Origin: Candidatus Uhrbacteria bacterium | GTDB lineage: Bacteria > Patescibacteriota > Patescibacteriia > UBA9934 > GWF2-40-263 | Assembly (NCBI GenBank): GCA_016219925.1 | Contig: JACRJU010000013.1 | Coordinates: forward strand, 980-64,979 | DNA: 64,000 nucleotides | Direction: 5' to 3' | Shown: piece after piece, positions 18,701 through 29,151 of the stretch | Position numbering within the stretch: position 1 is the stretch's first letter | How the letters are laid out: every line of letters begins with the position of its first letter | The notes under the pieces: model-generated | Database searches by the model: none | Seen by the model: the letters and a program-made list of their open reading frames with translations, nothing else | What the model was told of the DNA's origin: nothing | Position numbers and translations under genes: made by a program

Positions 18701-21700
18701 TGAATCAGGATTCGCTCAAGAGTCATGTCGCCGTCGAACAGTGCACGGACTTGCAAGCGGATGGATGCAAGGCGTGGCAAGCCGCTGAGGGGAATATGGT
18801 CACAAGTGAGACCACGTTTAACTGGACGCCAAACGTATTGTTTGCGGCCGCGACGCGTTATCGCGTTACAGTTGCCGGGGGAGAGGGCGGTGTGCAGTCG
18901 CACGCGAGTGTCGGCGGGGCGTTTATGGAGGAAGATTACTCGTGGGAGTTTTTAACAGCGCCTGGAGATCAAGTGTGCGATGTGGGTGGGGTGAACGTCA
19001 CGCCTTACACCTTTACGGCTGTCGAGGATGAGCAACAGGTTTCCTATCTGTCTCAACTCGTCGCGTCGGGATATCAGTGCGTGACCATTTCCTGCCAAGG
19101 CCAAAATATCAGTTGGTCATCTAACAAACCGGTTGCGGAAGTGCAACAGCCAAGCGTTGGAGTTGGACAATGCAAAGAGCAGGTGATTGCCCATGAAGAA
19201 ACACAAGGCGATCCGGCCAAAATTAAAGCGACCGTCTTGAATGCGGATCAACAGCCTTTCGATACCGGCGATCTGTTTATCAATTTTACCGATCCGACCG
19301 TTTCGAGTTTCTTCCCGCAATGTGCGACCGCGTGCGTCAATGCCAAACCGTGGGCGCGCTTTGGGGCGAAGATGAATCCAGGGAGTTTTGCTCAAGGAGT
19401 TTTGCTCTATGAGTGTGAAGACGCCATTTGCGGACCAGGTAAAATCAAAGACGCGGGACTCTTAAAGTCAGTGAGTTATGTAGATGACACGCGGACGCTT
19501 TTTGTTGAACTTTCAGGGAAAATGAAACCCGATAAATGGTATCGCGTGGTGTTGAAGGGGACGATATTGAAATCAATTTCTGGGGTTTTTCTGAAAGATT
19601 CGGGTTCTAACTTCGGTTCGGATCAAAACAAATTTTTCCCATCAGATTTTTCCTGGCGTTTTAAGACCAAGGTTTCGGATGTGAGCTGTGGAGTCGATTC
19701 GGTCTCGGTTATTCCCAAGACGACGATTTTGAAAACCATTGGAGCGCGAGAGCAATATCATGCGACGACATACGGCGCACCAGACGACTGTGATGCTTCG
19801 GGACAAGCGCTTCAGGACACGGGGTACACCTGGAAGACTTGGACAGCGGCGGATCTACAACCCGAACTCTTTACGCCAGCCCAAGGAGGCACCTCGCAGG
19901 ATGTGGCGTTCATGCTTAAAAATGGAGCGATTTCTCTTTCAAACAAGATGCCCCTTTGGTGCTCGCCGGTGTGTCTAAACACAGGCAGTCAGATCAATGC
20001 GAAAAAAGCGCTTTGTGGCGATGGGGTCGTCAATGGTCCTGGAAAAATCCCATCGGAAGAGTGTGATGGGGGAGCCTGGTGTTCCAGCAGTTGTTTGCTT
20101 ATCGGGACAAACGCGTGTGCCGCTGGTGTTGCGGCAAGCTGCTGTGGCAATGGGGCGGTAGATCCCGGTGAACAGTGCGACGATGGCGGACATATTCCAG
20201 GCGATGGCTGTTCGGACGTTTGTTTGAATGAAGGTTCGGCTTCGATTGGTTCCGTGTGTGGCGATGGCGTGATCGATTTTGCGCCGGGCACGGGAGGGGA
20301 AGATTGCGACGACGGAAACACGAAAGACGGTGACGGATGCTCATCCAAATGTTTGTTTGAAGGATCGATCGCGAAGGTTGCGGATTTTTCTGTGTGCGGC
20401 AATGGCGGCAATCCCGAAAAAGGAGAAGATTGCGATGATGGAAACAATATCAATGGAGACGGTTGCAGTGCGAGCTGTTTGAATGAAGGAACCGCACAGT
20501 GTGCTTTAGTCTGTTCGGATACGCAGGCAAGTTGTCAAACTAAACTGGACTGCGCAGTTGGAGCGGTTTGTGCTCCGGCGAAAACGCCCTGTTGCGGCAA
20601 TGGCGGCAATCCTGAAAAAGGAGAAGATTGCGACGACGGGAACGCGAAATCCGGTGATGGATGCAAGAGCTCGTGCTTGAAAGAAGGTTCTTCCGTTAAT
20701 TATGTCGTTCCATCTTTCTGTGGGGATGGGAAAAAAGAAACGGGAGAGGAATGTGAAGCGGATGGGAATCTCATTGGTCAAGCCTTTAAGATCGTGGGAT
20801 ATGGAGTCGCACAAGTAGGGAGTAAAGCCGCCAAAGAAGTTTCTCCTGAGGGCTATGCGGTTTCGACGATTACCGCAACCGCAGAGGGGATTCCCGGAAC
20901 AGCGACGCTTCAGGTGGAGTGTTCCTGCAAAACTGACGCTTCGTGCGGTGACACCAGTCTTTATGCCTGTGGCACAAGTGGATGCTGTTATCCGCGTCCG
21001 GATGTGACGGTTTTTGAGCCGTCAGGCAATGGACCTGGGGGTCAGGGATTTTGCCGTAATACCGCCGTACGCGTGAAATTCAATCAACAGATGGATCCGG
21101 TTTCTTTCGGCGCGCTCGATGCCGACGGCAATGGTTCGATTGATCAAAATGAGCTTGCGAATATTCGTTTGGAACTGGTCAGTAACAATGGCAACGACAG
21201 TGAAAATAATGAGAAAAATTGTCCGACCGACTATTTGTTTGCACAAGCGAATTCTTCACAAGAATCTGTGTTGGCGCGATTGTGGCACTGGGTAGAGCGG
21301 ACCGTTCAAGGGTTTTTCGGTCATGAGGCGCAAGCCGGCGATCCGAAAAAATGTGTTGCTCCCATTTCTTATCAAGCGGTCAATGCCAATGACGGACAAT
21401 GGGTGTATCTCACCTTGAATGCCCCTCTGGAAAAAAATTCCACGTATCGCATTCGCGTGGTGGGGGATACGGATCCAAGTGATACCAAGACCCAAGGTGT
21501 GAAAAGCGTGGATGGAGCCGACGCCTGTTTTGGGCCAGGATGTGCGACAGGATACAAGTCAGCCACGTTTAAGACAGGAAACGAAGTATGCTTACTGGAC
21601 GCGGTGACCATCGAAGACGTTGAAAAGATCGGCGCGGCGCCCTATGAGCCTCCAAGTCCAGCCTTCTTCACCAAGCTTAATGAAGAGCATCGATTCCTTT

Positions 21701-24700
21701 CGCAAGCGCAAACGTATCGCGCGGGTTTGGGAACATATGAACCGATCGTACCAACCAACATCTATGGGTGGAGCTGGGAGTGGGGATCCTCTGTCGCAGA
21801 CGATAAAACGAAACCAGAAGACATCGTTGATCTGACCTCACAGAAAAATCCGCCAGATCCAGGAATGGAAGGTCGATTGGCTGCCGTCGGCCATAATGGT
21901 TCTGAACATGTGCTCGCCAGCGCGGTCGTCAATAAAGATACGCTCAATAATCCCACCACGATTGGAACGGAAAAAGGCACCGTGGCCGGTACGCTTGAAG
22001 TCACCGCGCTCACCTGTGAAAATCCGTGGCCGGAACCGGATCCCCTTACTGGTTGGAAGCCTTATCTTGAAAAAACCGATCCGGCCAAGCCGTCTAACTT
22101 CGGTTTCTATTACTGTCGCGACCGAGGCGATCAAGGAACAGGGGATGACCTGCCTCCTTTGGATCCGCCGGTTGATGTGACTTCCATTGCGGTTGGCGGA
22201 CTTTTGCAAGAATTGTTCTTCAAGGTTCAAGGCACGCCAGATGCGATTGGGGTGCGCGTTTTCCAGAACCCGAATTATCTCTCGCCGGCCGCATGGTTTA
22301 AGTCGCAAAAGTTTACTGGAGCGTTTGGGCCGATTCAAATGGACGGTTATGAAGGCATTCAATCCGGCAATACCGCCTATGTGGCCGCGGCCAACGAGCA
22401 TGGGGTTGTTCTCTATCCGAATATTTACGTGATTTCTTACAATCCTAGCGCTGGAAGCGACGCCCGAGCGATTTTTGAAGAAATTTTGAAGAACTGGCGG
22501 TTCAATGCCAACACGAACGAAGTCAGCAATGTGAATCTGTGTCGGATTGGCAACAAATACATCAAGGACGACAGTGAAAATTATGTGGCTTGTTCTTGGG
22601 ATGGAGATTGTGTGGAGGCGCTGGTCGATGGGCAATGCACGGTTTCGCATCTCAAGGAAGAGGCTCTGGCTCTGTGTCCTTTGGCTCCTGAAAAGAAAGC
22701 CCTGTGTGATAGCGATAAGGCCAAGATTCAGCGCGACATGAAGCGCCTCACTGACATCACACAACAAGTCACAACCTTGGACGCCTATGGAGGCAAGAAT
22801 CGCCATTGTTCAGTAACGAAAACGCAATCATGCAGTGTAAACGAGCAGTGTCCGGGAACCGAGAAATGCGTTGCGGGATATCCCACCATTAAACAAGGCA
22901 CGTTCGTTCCTGCGATGAGCGTGAGCAAATGGGGGTCGTGGAACGCATCGTTCAGCAATGAGCTGGGCAGTGCCGTGCCTATTGATCCCCTCAATGTCTT
23001 TTGGCGATCCTGCTCGACCCTTGGTCCAAAGTACGATCCGGCAACCTGTTTTAACAGTATGGAAGGAAAATTTGTCTGTCCGAATCAATCTCATGTTTAT
23101 GCTTACCAAAACAAGGGTGGAGAAGCCTATACCTTGTTTACGCAACTTGAATTTATCGGGGCGCCATGGGTGTTTGATATTGATCCGTTTGAGAACGACG
23201 CCGCAACGATTGTCGCCGAGTACCCAGCCGGCGCAAACGTCCCGGGCCAGATGAAGAAGGGCTTTGCCCCGGCTCCAGTCTTTTGTTCGGATCAAAAAGT
23301 TTGGGGGACTTCCACCTCCTGCGGTGATGGAGTCGTTGGGGCTCAAGAGATCTGTGAGCCCGGACAGATACAGTCGGCTCCATGTACCGTGAGCGTAAAC
23401 GGTCAGCTAAAAAATGGGTTCATCAATGTAGGATGTCGTTCTGATGTGACGAAGCCAAAGGCCTGTCAAGAATATCAAACAGCGGACGAGGCCAAGATCG
23501 CGGGCGCGGTGTGTGTGCCCAACCAGTGCGGCAACGGTATTTTGGAAACAGGAGAACAGTGCGATGACGGAGCGCTCAACGGAACGTACGGACATTGTGG
23601 GAAGAGCTGTACTTTTGCGGGGTCTTTTGTGTGTGGGGATGGTTATTTAGCAGGAGGGGAACAGTGCGATTGCGGAACCCTTATCAATCACGCCGCTGTT
23701 GTAGCCGATCCCACGAGCTGGGCCGCGAAGAACAAAAATCAAAACCAAATCTGTTTCCAAGCGAACGGGCAATATAGTCCACTTCCAAATGGTTCCTGTT
23801 CATTTGATTGCAAAATCCCCGGACCATCCTGTGGAGATAAACTCGTAAACGGTGCCGAACAATGCGATGGCACAATGGAGACGTATGCAGGCAAACTTTG
23901 TCCAGACGGAAAAACCACCTGCGAAACAAATAACGATTGTCCTGGAAATGGAGTGTGCGGAGATCCTGGTCACATCGCGTGTCCTGCCAGTAGTCATGTG
24001 TGTGTTGGAGGAAACAAGGCCGGACAGAGCTGTACTCAAAATCAACAATGTGGAGCAGGAACCTGTTCAACCTTCAGCTACCCACTCACCCGCACGCGTC
24101 TTTGTACCAATGCCTGCACCTGGCCGGGATGGTCTGTTTGTTTGGGAGGAGATCAGATCTGCGGTAATGGGACAAAAGAAGGAACGGAAGAATGCGATGA
24201 CGGAAACCAAAACGATAACGATAGTTGTACCCACACGTGTAAGAAAAATATTTGTGGGGATAGTTATAAATTTGACGGGGTCGAAGCCTGCGACAATGGT
24301 GGGCAAAACGTGTTGCCTGACAGCCAAAACCCCTGTACGGCCCAGTATGGCGGCTCGTGCAATTACTGCAATACCCTGTGTCAATACAAGACCTTTTCTG
24401 GATCCTATTGCGGTGACGGGGTCATCAATGGAACCGAATTTTGCGATGGGAGCGCGATTCCGTATTCTTGTTTGAAAGTTTCCGGGTCGGATCGTTCGAG
24501 AGCAAAGAGCTGTCCGGCGACAGATGCCCTTGCCAAAGGGCCTTGCGATCAGGGCTTTACCTGCCAGCTGACGGGTGTGTGTAATGGCGGAACCCAAAAC
24601 GGTCAGCCTTGTACGCTCAAACCTCCAGCCAAAACAGTGGCCCAGTATACGGCTTCATCCAATCAGGCGGCGTGTGCAGGCGGGGGCGTCTGTGTGGCGC

Positions 24701-25911
24701 CGACTTGCACGAAAGACTGTACGGCGGCGTGTCCGTTTACGCTACAAACCACAAGTGTGCTTGTGCAAAGCGAACTGCCGGATGCTCAGCCACAGGAGAG
24801 CGTTGATCTCTACAGTTATTTCAACAAGGAAAAAAATTCTCCAGACAGCGCATCGCTTTTCTTGCCGGCGTGTAGCGTTGGAACACGCATCAGCGCGGAT
24901 GTTGATGACGCAAACGTCCATGAGCCTGATGTGGATGTGGTTTTCGTAACGGATCTTTCTGGAAGCATGATGGATGCGCCAAACGGCGGCGGGGCTGTGG
25001 TCCCAAACCGTCGCATCGACATTGTTGCGGAATCGACCGCAGAAGCCATTGATACGCTTTTTAATGCGTATGCGGGTTCTGAAGGGAAATTGCGCATTGG
25101 ACTTGTCAGTTTTGGGCAGAAGGATGATCCGGCAACACCGGTAAATGAGGAGATAACCGCGCAGTTAAATTCTGGGCTCCTTGAAAACTCGGGCGCAAAT
25201 AAACAACTTCTAAAATCCATCGCTCTTGGGTATCCAGCAAAAGTGGATGGGTGGACGCCAACTCCCGCTGGAATAAAAAAAGCCATTGAAGTTTTATCAA
25301 CCGAGCCCGACTCCCACGTAAAGGTCGTTGTTCTTCTTTCGGATGGAGATCCGACTTACGCTTTGGATCAAAAAAGTTGTGGCGATAAAAAGAACATCTC
25401 CGTTACGACAGAAGCCGGCCAGAAAACTCTTTCAGGAAGTCATTACTGTGTTGCTGAAGCTCGTTATGGTCCGCCAGGAGGTCCATCGATGATTAAAGGT
25501 CACTCAGAAATTTTCTTCTATTCCGCCGCGATTGCCACCTCAAATGATTTGCGAGCGCAAATGGAGCACATGTCAAGTATGGGATGTGCGGGGAATGATA
25601 TGTCTAGCATAGATGACTGCCAGGATGGCTTGTATGCTTTTGATGCAGACACCAAAGAAGAGATCAAACAGATGTACGATCAAATCATGACGTCTATCTT
25701 AAGTGCAACGACAACGATCACCGCTTCGAAGAATGGTTCGGTGAAATCCGCAACCGGACTCACTCCAGTGGGCAACAATGTGACCATTCCCGTTCCTGAT
25801 ACCTTCCAGTGCCAAAGTCAACCATTCACCATGCCGATGAAAACGAATTTCTATGGAACCGGCACGATGAAATTTAGCAACTTTAGCTTTACGTATTGTC
25901 CGTTGCCTTAG
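15739..25911 (+). CDS. giant (~3,390 aa) cell-surface adhesin-like protein. Pilin-like N-terminal module, multiple IPT/TIG-Ig domains, Myxococcus-type Cys-rich repeats, C-terminal von Willebrand factor A domain
   Basis: First ATG is at 15739 ([30 protein letters not shown]). The track TTG at 15694 lies inside the palindrome. Module: [65 protein letters not shown]-like: [44 protein letters not shown]. Cys repeats: [28 protein letters not shown] (x5-6). vWA MIDAS: [12 protein letters not shown] ... [12 protein letters not shown]. Confidence 0.85.
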   Translation: MKFSFRSLIKGFLLALAGAGALLALPALAQVDLGALKAFGEAAGFSTGPSVTLIIARLIRTALSFVGIVVVIMVVYGGFLYMTSGGNATRLEKAKKILIQAVIGLLIVLSSFVIVQFIISRMVEATGGGVSSSQSGPGDYPDGTTLTSFHLSSVNTQCAAALNNLQLQLVFSKDVNPATVSAALGIKKQGGGPVEGTFVTSGSLVTFTPSTSCPAPNPQAKCFDPNAQSATYNLVVNAGVLKSSSGATLKCTTEFPCSFTFTTGTGVDVAAPTLFMSAPGDGQSVAAGTIQMLQAKTQDDTGVSSVDFYAVNDDSPLFTSGLNLSTAGTIVGGNQNNAFSTDPQLQWNTAGYTINKSYPLWARALDCAGNATVSTKISAMVRGPNCDNDVQDVDLGETGVDCGGDPVSEFYCGKCDEQTCTQNNECASGLCENGVCVSKPRIDQVSPGDGKSGNLVTIFGDGFEDVGGTVTFLGGASVSTSAYACNGNVSWKKKQIVVQVPEGAQDGPIEVATVGAKKKTDRTDDAFGPLSSDFDINAVARPGLCLVDPGTAKPGAQVSFFGLGFGAVQGASSLYFKDVVSPSIVSWADKLVKGAVPNMNAAPITTQIFSGTYQCVDDKLQQIGKTCQQDEECGEGNTCAKKWCTETLAYCSDDVSCGVQGGKCRSVRVGSNGLNFVVGSSAGDTEKPVITYLDSGWSSCNGGANNGKHCGTKADCGDGECKGAPNWGPSDQYVTIFGTGFGTAKGQVFFTNAAGQTALAKTNFPEICGDDFWKDTSVTVKVPDSLQAGGAVDPGNYQVTVKKGPVSSNGVDFVVVKDQPGPAICHIDPLSGPVTTTKVQVFGENLGNEKGAIAFYDKQNADYLFWNSTQVTDAVVPKEAKTGPLAAVSKVGYRSNPVSFTVGSCQENVSCPANTQCCGDGSCKKSCNFIPPVANFAYRVSTGLIPKAPQILPLCNDNVKSPSPWESWPDSKTVCRNSVVTATFDLMMNQDSLKSHVAVEQCTDLQADGCKAWQAAEGNMVTSETTFNWTPNVLFAAATRYRVTVAGGEGGVQSHASVGGAFMEEDYSWEFLTAPGDQVCDVGGVNVTPYTFTAVEDEQQVSYLSQLVASGYQCVTISCQGQNISWSSNKPVAEVQQPSVGVGQCKEQVIAHEETQGDPAKIKATVLNADQQPFDTGDLFINFTDPTVSSFFPQCATACVNAKPWARFGAKMNPGSFAQGVLLYECEDAICGPGKIKDAGLLKSVSYVDDTRTLFVELSGKMKPDKWYRVVLKGTILKSISGVFLKDSGSNFGSDQNKFFPSDFSWRFKTKVSDVSCGVDSVSVIPKTTILKTIGAREQYHATTYGAPDDCDASGQALQDTGYTWKTWTAADLQPELFTPAQGGTSQDVAFMLKNGAISLSNKMPLWCSPVCLNTGSQINAKKALCGDGVVNGPGKIPSEECDGGAWCSSSCLLIGTNACAAGVAASCCGNGAVDPGEQCDDGGHIPGDGCSDVCLNEGSASIGSVCGDGVIDFAPGTGGEDCDDGNTKDGDGCSSKCLFEGSIAKVADFSVCGNGGNPEKGEDCDDGNNINGDGCSASCLNEGTAQCALVCSDTQASCQTKLDCAVGAVCAPAKTPCCGNGGNPEKGEDCDDGNAKSGDGCKSSCLKEGSSVNYVVPSFCGDGKKETGEECEADGNLIGQAFKIVGYGVAQVGSKAAKEVSPEGYAVSTITATAEGIPGTATLQVECSCKTDASCGDTSLYACGTSGCCYPRPDVTVFEPSGNGPGGQGFCRNTAVRVKFNQQMDPVSFGALDADGNGSIDQNELANIRLELVSNNGNDSENNEKNCPTDYLFAQANSSQESVLARLWHWVERTVQGFFGHEAQAGDPKKCVAPISYQAVNANDGQWVYLTLNAPLEKNSTYRIRVVGDTDPSDTKTQGVKSVDGADACFGPGCATGYKSATFKTGNEVCLLDAVTIEDVEKIGAAPYEPPSPAFFTKLNEEHRFLSQAQTYRAGLGTYEPIVPTNIYGWSWEWGSSVADDKTKPEDIVDLTSQKNPPDPGMEGRLAAVGHNGSEHVLASAVVNKDTLNNPTTIGTEKGTVAGTLEVTALTCENPWPEPDPLTGWKPYLEKTDPAKPSNFGFYYCRDRGDQGTGDDLPPLDPPVDVTSIAVGGLLQELFFKVQGTPDAIGVRVFQNPNYLSPAAWFKSQKFTGAFGPIQMDGYEGIQSGNTAYVAAANEHGVVLYPNIYVISYNPSAGSDARAIFEEILKNWRFNANTNEVSNVNLCRIGNKYIKDDSENYVACSWDGDCVEALVDGQCTVSHLKEEALALCPLAPEKKALCDSDKAKIQRDMKRLTDITQQVTTLDAYGGKNRHCSVTKTQSCSVNEQCPGTEKCVAGYPTIKQGTFVPAMSVSKWGSWNASFSNELGSAVPIDPLNVFWRSCSTLGPKYDPATCFNSMEGKFVCPNQSHVYAYQNKGGEAYTLFTQLEFIGAPWVFDIDPFENDAATIVAEYPAGANVPGQMKKGFAPAPVFCSDQKVWGTSTSCGDGVVGAQEICEPGQIQSAPCTVSVNGQLKNGFINVGCRSDVTKPKACQEYQTADEAKIAGAVCVPNQCGNGILETGEQCDDGALNGTYGHCGKSCTFAGSFVCGDGYLAGGEQCDCGTLINHAAVVADPTSWAAKNKNQNQICFQANGQYSPLPNGSCSFDCKIPGPSCGDKLVNGAEQCDGTMETYAGKLCPDGKTTCETNNDCPGNGVCGDPGHIACPASSHVCVGGNKAGQSCTQNQQCGAGTCSTFSYPLTRTRLCTNACTWPGWSVCLGGDQICGNGTKEGTEECDDGNQNDNDSCTHTCKKNICGDSYKFDGVEACDNGGQNVLPDSQNPCTAQYGGSCNYCNTLCQYKTFSGSYCGDGVINGTEFCDGSAIPYSCLKVSGSDRSRAKSCPATDALAKGPCDQGFTCQLTGVCNGGTQNGQPCTLKPPAKTVAQYTASSNQAACAGGGVCVAPTCTKDCTAACPFTLQTTSVLVQSELPDAQPQESVDLYSYFNKEKNSPDSASLFLPACSVGTRISADVDDANVHEPDVDVVFVTDLSGSMMDAPNGGGAVVPNRRIDIVAESTAEAIDTLFNAYAGSEGKLRIGLVSFGQKDDPATPVNEEITAQLNSGLLENSGANKQLLKSIALGYPAKVDGWTPTPAGIKKAIEVLSTEPDSHVKVVVLLSDGDPTYALDQKSCGDKKNISVTTEAGQKTLSGSHYCVAEARYGPPGGPSMIKGHSEIFFYSAAIATSNDLRAQMEHMSSMGCAGNDMSSIDDCQDGLYAFDADTKEEIKQMYDQIMTSILSATTTITASKNGSVKSATGLTPVGNNVTIPVPDTFQCQSQPFTMPMKTNFYGTGTMKFSNFSFTYCPLP

Positions 25912-25916
25912 CCCTT

Positions 25917-26669
25917 ATGGATCTCAATGACTATCAATCCCCCGCGCGTCGGTTTACCCCCAAACAACTTGCTTTGATTGCAGGCGGGGTCATTTTGGCT
26001 GTGGCGATTGTGGTTCTGGTGGTTGTTTGGATCAGGTCGCGCGCCTCAATCAATCGTCCAAGTCTCCTACAACAGTCGCGGGCAACGATCGAACAAACAT
26101 GTACCGATGCCAGCGATCCGGAAGCTTGTCGGATTGAGCAGACCAAACAGGCGGCCGAGCAGAACAGTCAAAGCAAACTCTGTTTGGATTTACCCGATGC
26201 GGATAAAGATGGATGCTATTGGGAGCTTGCCGTCAAGCAACAGGATTTGAAAACGTGTGGGGAGATCAAACAGGAAACGTATCGCGCTCTTTGCACGGAT
26301 GAAGTCGCTCGCGACCAAGCGATAGCCTCAGGGACGCCGTCGCGGTGTGATATGATTAAAGATGTCCAGCAACGCGAGGGTTGTCATCAAGCTCTTGAAC
26401 CAAAAGTCGATAGTGCTTTTGAAGCAAAGGTTTTGGAAGCCAATCAAAAACAAGATCGGAACCTGTGTGATGTTTTTGAAGGAGATCAAAAACAGGATTG
26501 CAAAGAGCGCGTGCTCATTGATGATCCGGATTTTGATGGCCTCGCCACCGAGCAAGAGGTGCAGGTGTACGGAACAGATCCGCGCAAAGCGGACACAGAT
26601 GGCGATGGGTACAATGATGCAGATGAAATTGCCGCGGGGTATAATCCGCGTGGCGAGGGTAAGCTTTAA
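25917..26669 (+). CDS. single-TM membrane protein with a Cys-rich ectodomain and C-terminal TSP3-like Ca-binding repeats (paralog 1 of 3)
   Basis: TM IAGGVILAVAIVVLVVVWI. C-terminus GTDPRKADTDGDGYNDADEIAAGYNPRGEGKL. ATG 25917 is preferred over 25896, which overlaps the end of the giant gene. Confidence 0.65.
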   Translation: MDLNDYQSPARRFTPKQLALIAGGVILAVAIVVLVVVWIRSRASINRPSLLQQSRATIEQTCTDASDPEACRIEQTKQAAEQNSQSKLCLDLPDADKDGCYWELAVKQQDLKTCGEIKQETYRALCTDEVARDQAIASGTPSRCDMIKDVQQREGCHQALEPKVDSAFEAKVLEANQKQDRNLCDVFEGDQKQDCKERVLIDDPDFDGLATEQEVQVYGTDPRKADTDGDGYNDADEIAAGYNPRGEGKL

Positions 26670-26679
26670 TTTTTCGCCT

Positions 26680-27315
26680 ATGTTTGACGATCTCAACAAA
26701 CAGCCCGACGATATTTTTGCAGAGACAGATAAGTCCGCTCCTCAGGTGGCCGTCGTGCCGCCTTCGGAGCCATCGCAACCTGCACCGACAGCTAGTGCCC
26801 CGTCAGGCGTCGAGGCGCGCATGGCTGAAATGGTCACCGGCCGCTCTTCCAGAGGCGGACTTAAAACAGCGGTCATTGTTTTAGCGATCATTGTGATTAT
26901 CGGCGGAGCTTTTTTGATTTCATGGAAAATTTTAACCTCGCAAACGCCGGTGACGCCATCGGCTCCAGAAACGACTTCAAGCAATGCGTCAGAACCTGCC
27001 ACGCAAGAACCAGCCGCGGCTGAACCGACTCCAGCGGTCACTCCCGAACCCGAGCCGACCCCGATTGTTCCGGCCGATATCGATTCCGATCAAGATGGAC
27101 TTCTGGATTCGCAGGAAGCTCAATATGGCACCAATTCCAATAGTCCAGATACCGATGCCGATGGGTTATTTGATCGCGAGGAAATCGAGGTATATCAAAC
27201 CGATCCACTCAATCCAGATACAGACAGCGACACCTATCTCGATGGGGCCGAAGTGAAGTCTGGATATAATCCAAAAGGCTTGGGCAAGTTTTTCGAGGTT
27301 CCAAAAGGGAGCTAG
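26680..27315 (+). CDS. single-TM membrane protein with a Pro/Thr/Glu-rich linker and TSP3-like DxDxDG repeats (paralog 2)
   Basis: ATG 26680 (MFDDLNKQPDD). TM AVIVLAIIVIIGGAFLISW. DIDSDQDGLLD, DTDADGLFD, DTDSDTYLDGAEVKSGYNPKGLGKF. The track ORF from 26362 starts inside the previous gene. Confidence 0.65.
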   Translation: MFDDLNKQPDDIFAETDKSAPQVAVVPPSEPSQPAPTASAPSGVEARMAEMVTGRSSRGGLKTAVIVLAIIVIIGGAFLISWKILTSQTPVTPSAPETTSSNASEPATQEPAAAEPTPAVTPEPEPTPIVPADIDSDQDGLLDSQEAQYGTNSNSPDTDADGLFDREEIEVYQTDPLNPDTDSDTYLDGAEVKSGYNPKGLGKFFEVPKGS

Positions 27316-27320
27316 AGATT

Positions 27321-28313
27321 ATGGCGAATCCTTCGTCTTCACCTTCAACGCAAACTCCTTCTGCAAGTTCGTCCTCCGGCGCGCGTATTTTTACGATGCC
27401 GACGCCTTATCGAGGAGGGAAGGATGTGAAGATGGTTGAGCCGGAAAAAACACGATCTGTGGCCACGCCCGTGGTCGCATCGGTGCCAACCCCAGCGCCC
27501 GCGGTGCACGCGGCTCCTAAGATCCCGACCAAAAAACGCACGCATCAGGCCTTGTTTATTTCGATCGGTGTCGTCGCGGTCGCTTTGTTGATCGGAGGAT
27601 ATTTGATTTGGCGTAGTGCACAAAAACAAACCCCCACACAAACTCCAACCCCGACCCCTGTGACCGAGCCGCGCCCCGCCGTACAAACACCGGAGCCAAC
27701 CTCAACTCCGACTCCAACGCCAGAATCACAACCTGAAACTCCGTTTCCCACACAAATTGTTGCTGGGACAGATTCTGATTCAGATGGTCTGACAGATGTT
27801 GAAGAGACGGCGATTTATCACACGAATCCCAGTTTGCCAGATACGGATAGCGATGGATTTTTGGATGGCAATGAGGTCTTTCATCGGTATAACCCCGCGG
27901 GTTTGGCTCCCGGAACGCTTTTAGAAGCGGGCGTGGTCAACGAATTTACTGTCCCCGGAGTTTTCGTGATCGCCTATCCATTAACATGGACGACGACCCC
28001 TCCTCCGGATCTTGCGTTTACTTCACAAACTGGAGAGTCTATCCATGTCACCCCAGTGATTGCAACAGATGAGGCTTCGGGCAAAACCCAAGTCAACGAA
28101 TGGATCACCGCTCATGGCGGACAAGAAAAAGTGTTGTCGACCATTTCGAAGAGCGGTTATCAAACGTATATCACCCAGGATAAATTGAGCGCCCTCCTTC
28201 TGGTTGGCCAGACGCTTGTTGAATTTAAGTATGATCTCGCCACAAAGACAACGATTGATTTTCTTCAAACCTTTCAGATGATGCTCAACAGCGTACGCAC
28301 GCCCGGCGTATGA
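27321..28313 (+). CDS. single-TM membrane protein with a PT-rich linker, TSP3-like repeats and an extra C-terminal ~130-aa domain (paralog 3)
   Basis: TM ALFISIGVVAVALLIGGYLIW. TDSDSDGLTDVEETAIYHTNPSLPDTDSDGFLDGNEVFHRYNPAGLAPG. Confidence 0.65.
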   Translation: MANPSSSPSTQTPSASSSSGARIFTMPTPYRGGKDVKMVEPEKTRSVATPVVASVPTPAPAVHAAPKIPTKKRTHQALFISIGVVAVALLIGGYLIWRSAQKQTPTQTPTPTPVTEPRPAVQTPEPTSTPTPTPESQPETPFPTQIVAGTDSDSDGLTDVEETAIYHTNPSLPDTDSDGFLDGNEVFHRYNPAGLAPGTLLEAGVVNEFTVPGVFVIAYPLTWTTTPPPDLAFTSQTGESIHVTPVIATDEASGKTQVNEWITAHGGQEKVLSTISKSGYQTYITQDKLSALLLVGQTLVEFKYDLATKTTIDFLQTFQMMLNSVRTPGV

Positions 28314-28738
28314 TCCAAGCCGAGATGAACCAAGCCCTCCTGCGAGGGGGTCAGCATTATCCAGCGAGCCGGTTGCGCCAGGCGCTTCGCTTCGTTGAGC
28401 GAGTCGTTGGGAAGCGGACGTATGCGGTTTCGATTGCCTTTGTGAGTCCAAGCGCCATGCGTCAGGCGAATCGTCGGTATCGGAAAAAGGATCGTGTGAC
28501 GGACGTGCTTTCCTTTTCGCTCTCGGATCATCTTGGAGAATTGTTGATCTGTTATTCGCAAGCCAAGCGGCAAGCGCGTGAGATGGGGCATAGCATTCGC
28601 GACGAGATCACGTTTTTGTTGGTTCACGGATTGCTCCATTTATTTGGCCATGACCACGAGCGTTCCACGCAGGCCAAGCGCATGTTTAACCTTCAAGAGA
28701 AAATTCTACAGGCTCTGCGTGTGGATTCACGTCTTTAA
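28310..28738 (+). CDS. ybeY: rRNA maturation endoribonuclease YbeY
   Basis: H3xH5xH metal site HGLLHLFGHDHE. 4-nt ATGA overlap with the upstream gene. Confidence 0.88.
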   Translation: MIQAEMNQALLRGGQHYPASRLRQALRFVERVVGKRTYAVSIAFVSPSAMRQANRRYRKKDRVTDVLSFSLSDHLGELLICYSQAKRQAREMGHSIRDEITFLLVHGLLHLFGHDHERSTQAKRMFNLQEKILQALRVDSRL

Positions 28739-28741
28739 AAT

Positions 28742-29125
28742 ATGATGAGCGTCCGGCAATTTTTTCGCAGTCTTTCGTATGCCCTTCGTGGCGTGCGCGT
28801 GGTTTTTCAAACCGAGCAGAGTTTCCGTATTCAATCGAGTGTTGCCATTGTGGTCATTCTTGCGGCCATTTTTTTTCACGTCAGATGGTTCGAATGGGTG
28901 ATTCTGCTTATCCTGATTGCGTCCGTCCTTTCGCTTGAACTCATCAATAGCATCATCGAGCGGCTTGTCGATGCTTTCAAACCAAGGCTTCATCCGGTCG
29001 TTCATGATGTAAAGGATATGATGGCTGGGGCGGTGTTGCTTGTGTCTTTTGTTGCGCTCATTATCGGAGGAATCATCTTTTGGCCCTACGTGACTCCTAT
29101 CGTTTGGGTGCTTGTTGGTGGATAA
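28742..29125 (+). CDS. dgkA: diacylglycerol/undecaprenol kinase family membrane protein
   Basis: Three TM helices and the ELINSIIERLVD motif of the prokaryotic DgkA family. Conserved ybeY-dgkA pairing. Confidence 0.8.
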   Translation: MMSVRQFFRSLSYALRGVRVVFQTEQSFRIQSSVAIVVILAAIFFHVRWFEWVILLILIASVLSLELINSIIERLVDAFKPRLHPVVHDVKDMMAGAVLLVSFVALIIGGIIFWPYVTPIVWVLVGG

Positions 29126-29151
29126 AAACAAGGTTATACTAGGCAACAGTT

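Noticed and set aside
15760-25300. Dozens of 60-320-aa ORFs on both strands inside the giant gene (e.g. 21838-22806 minus, 19989-20453 minus, 24067-24597 minus)
   Set aside because: All lie within or antisense to a single continuous 10-kb ORF with coherent domain structure. They are low-complexity, Arg/His-rich or hydrophobic nonsense typical of alternative frames.
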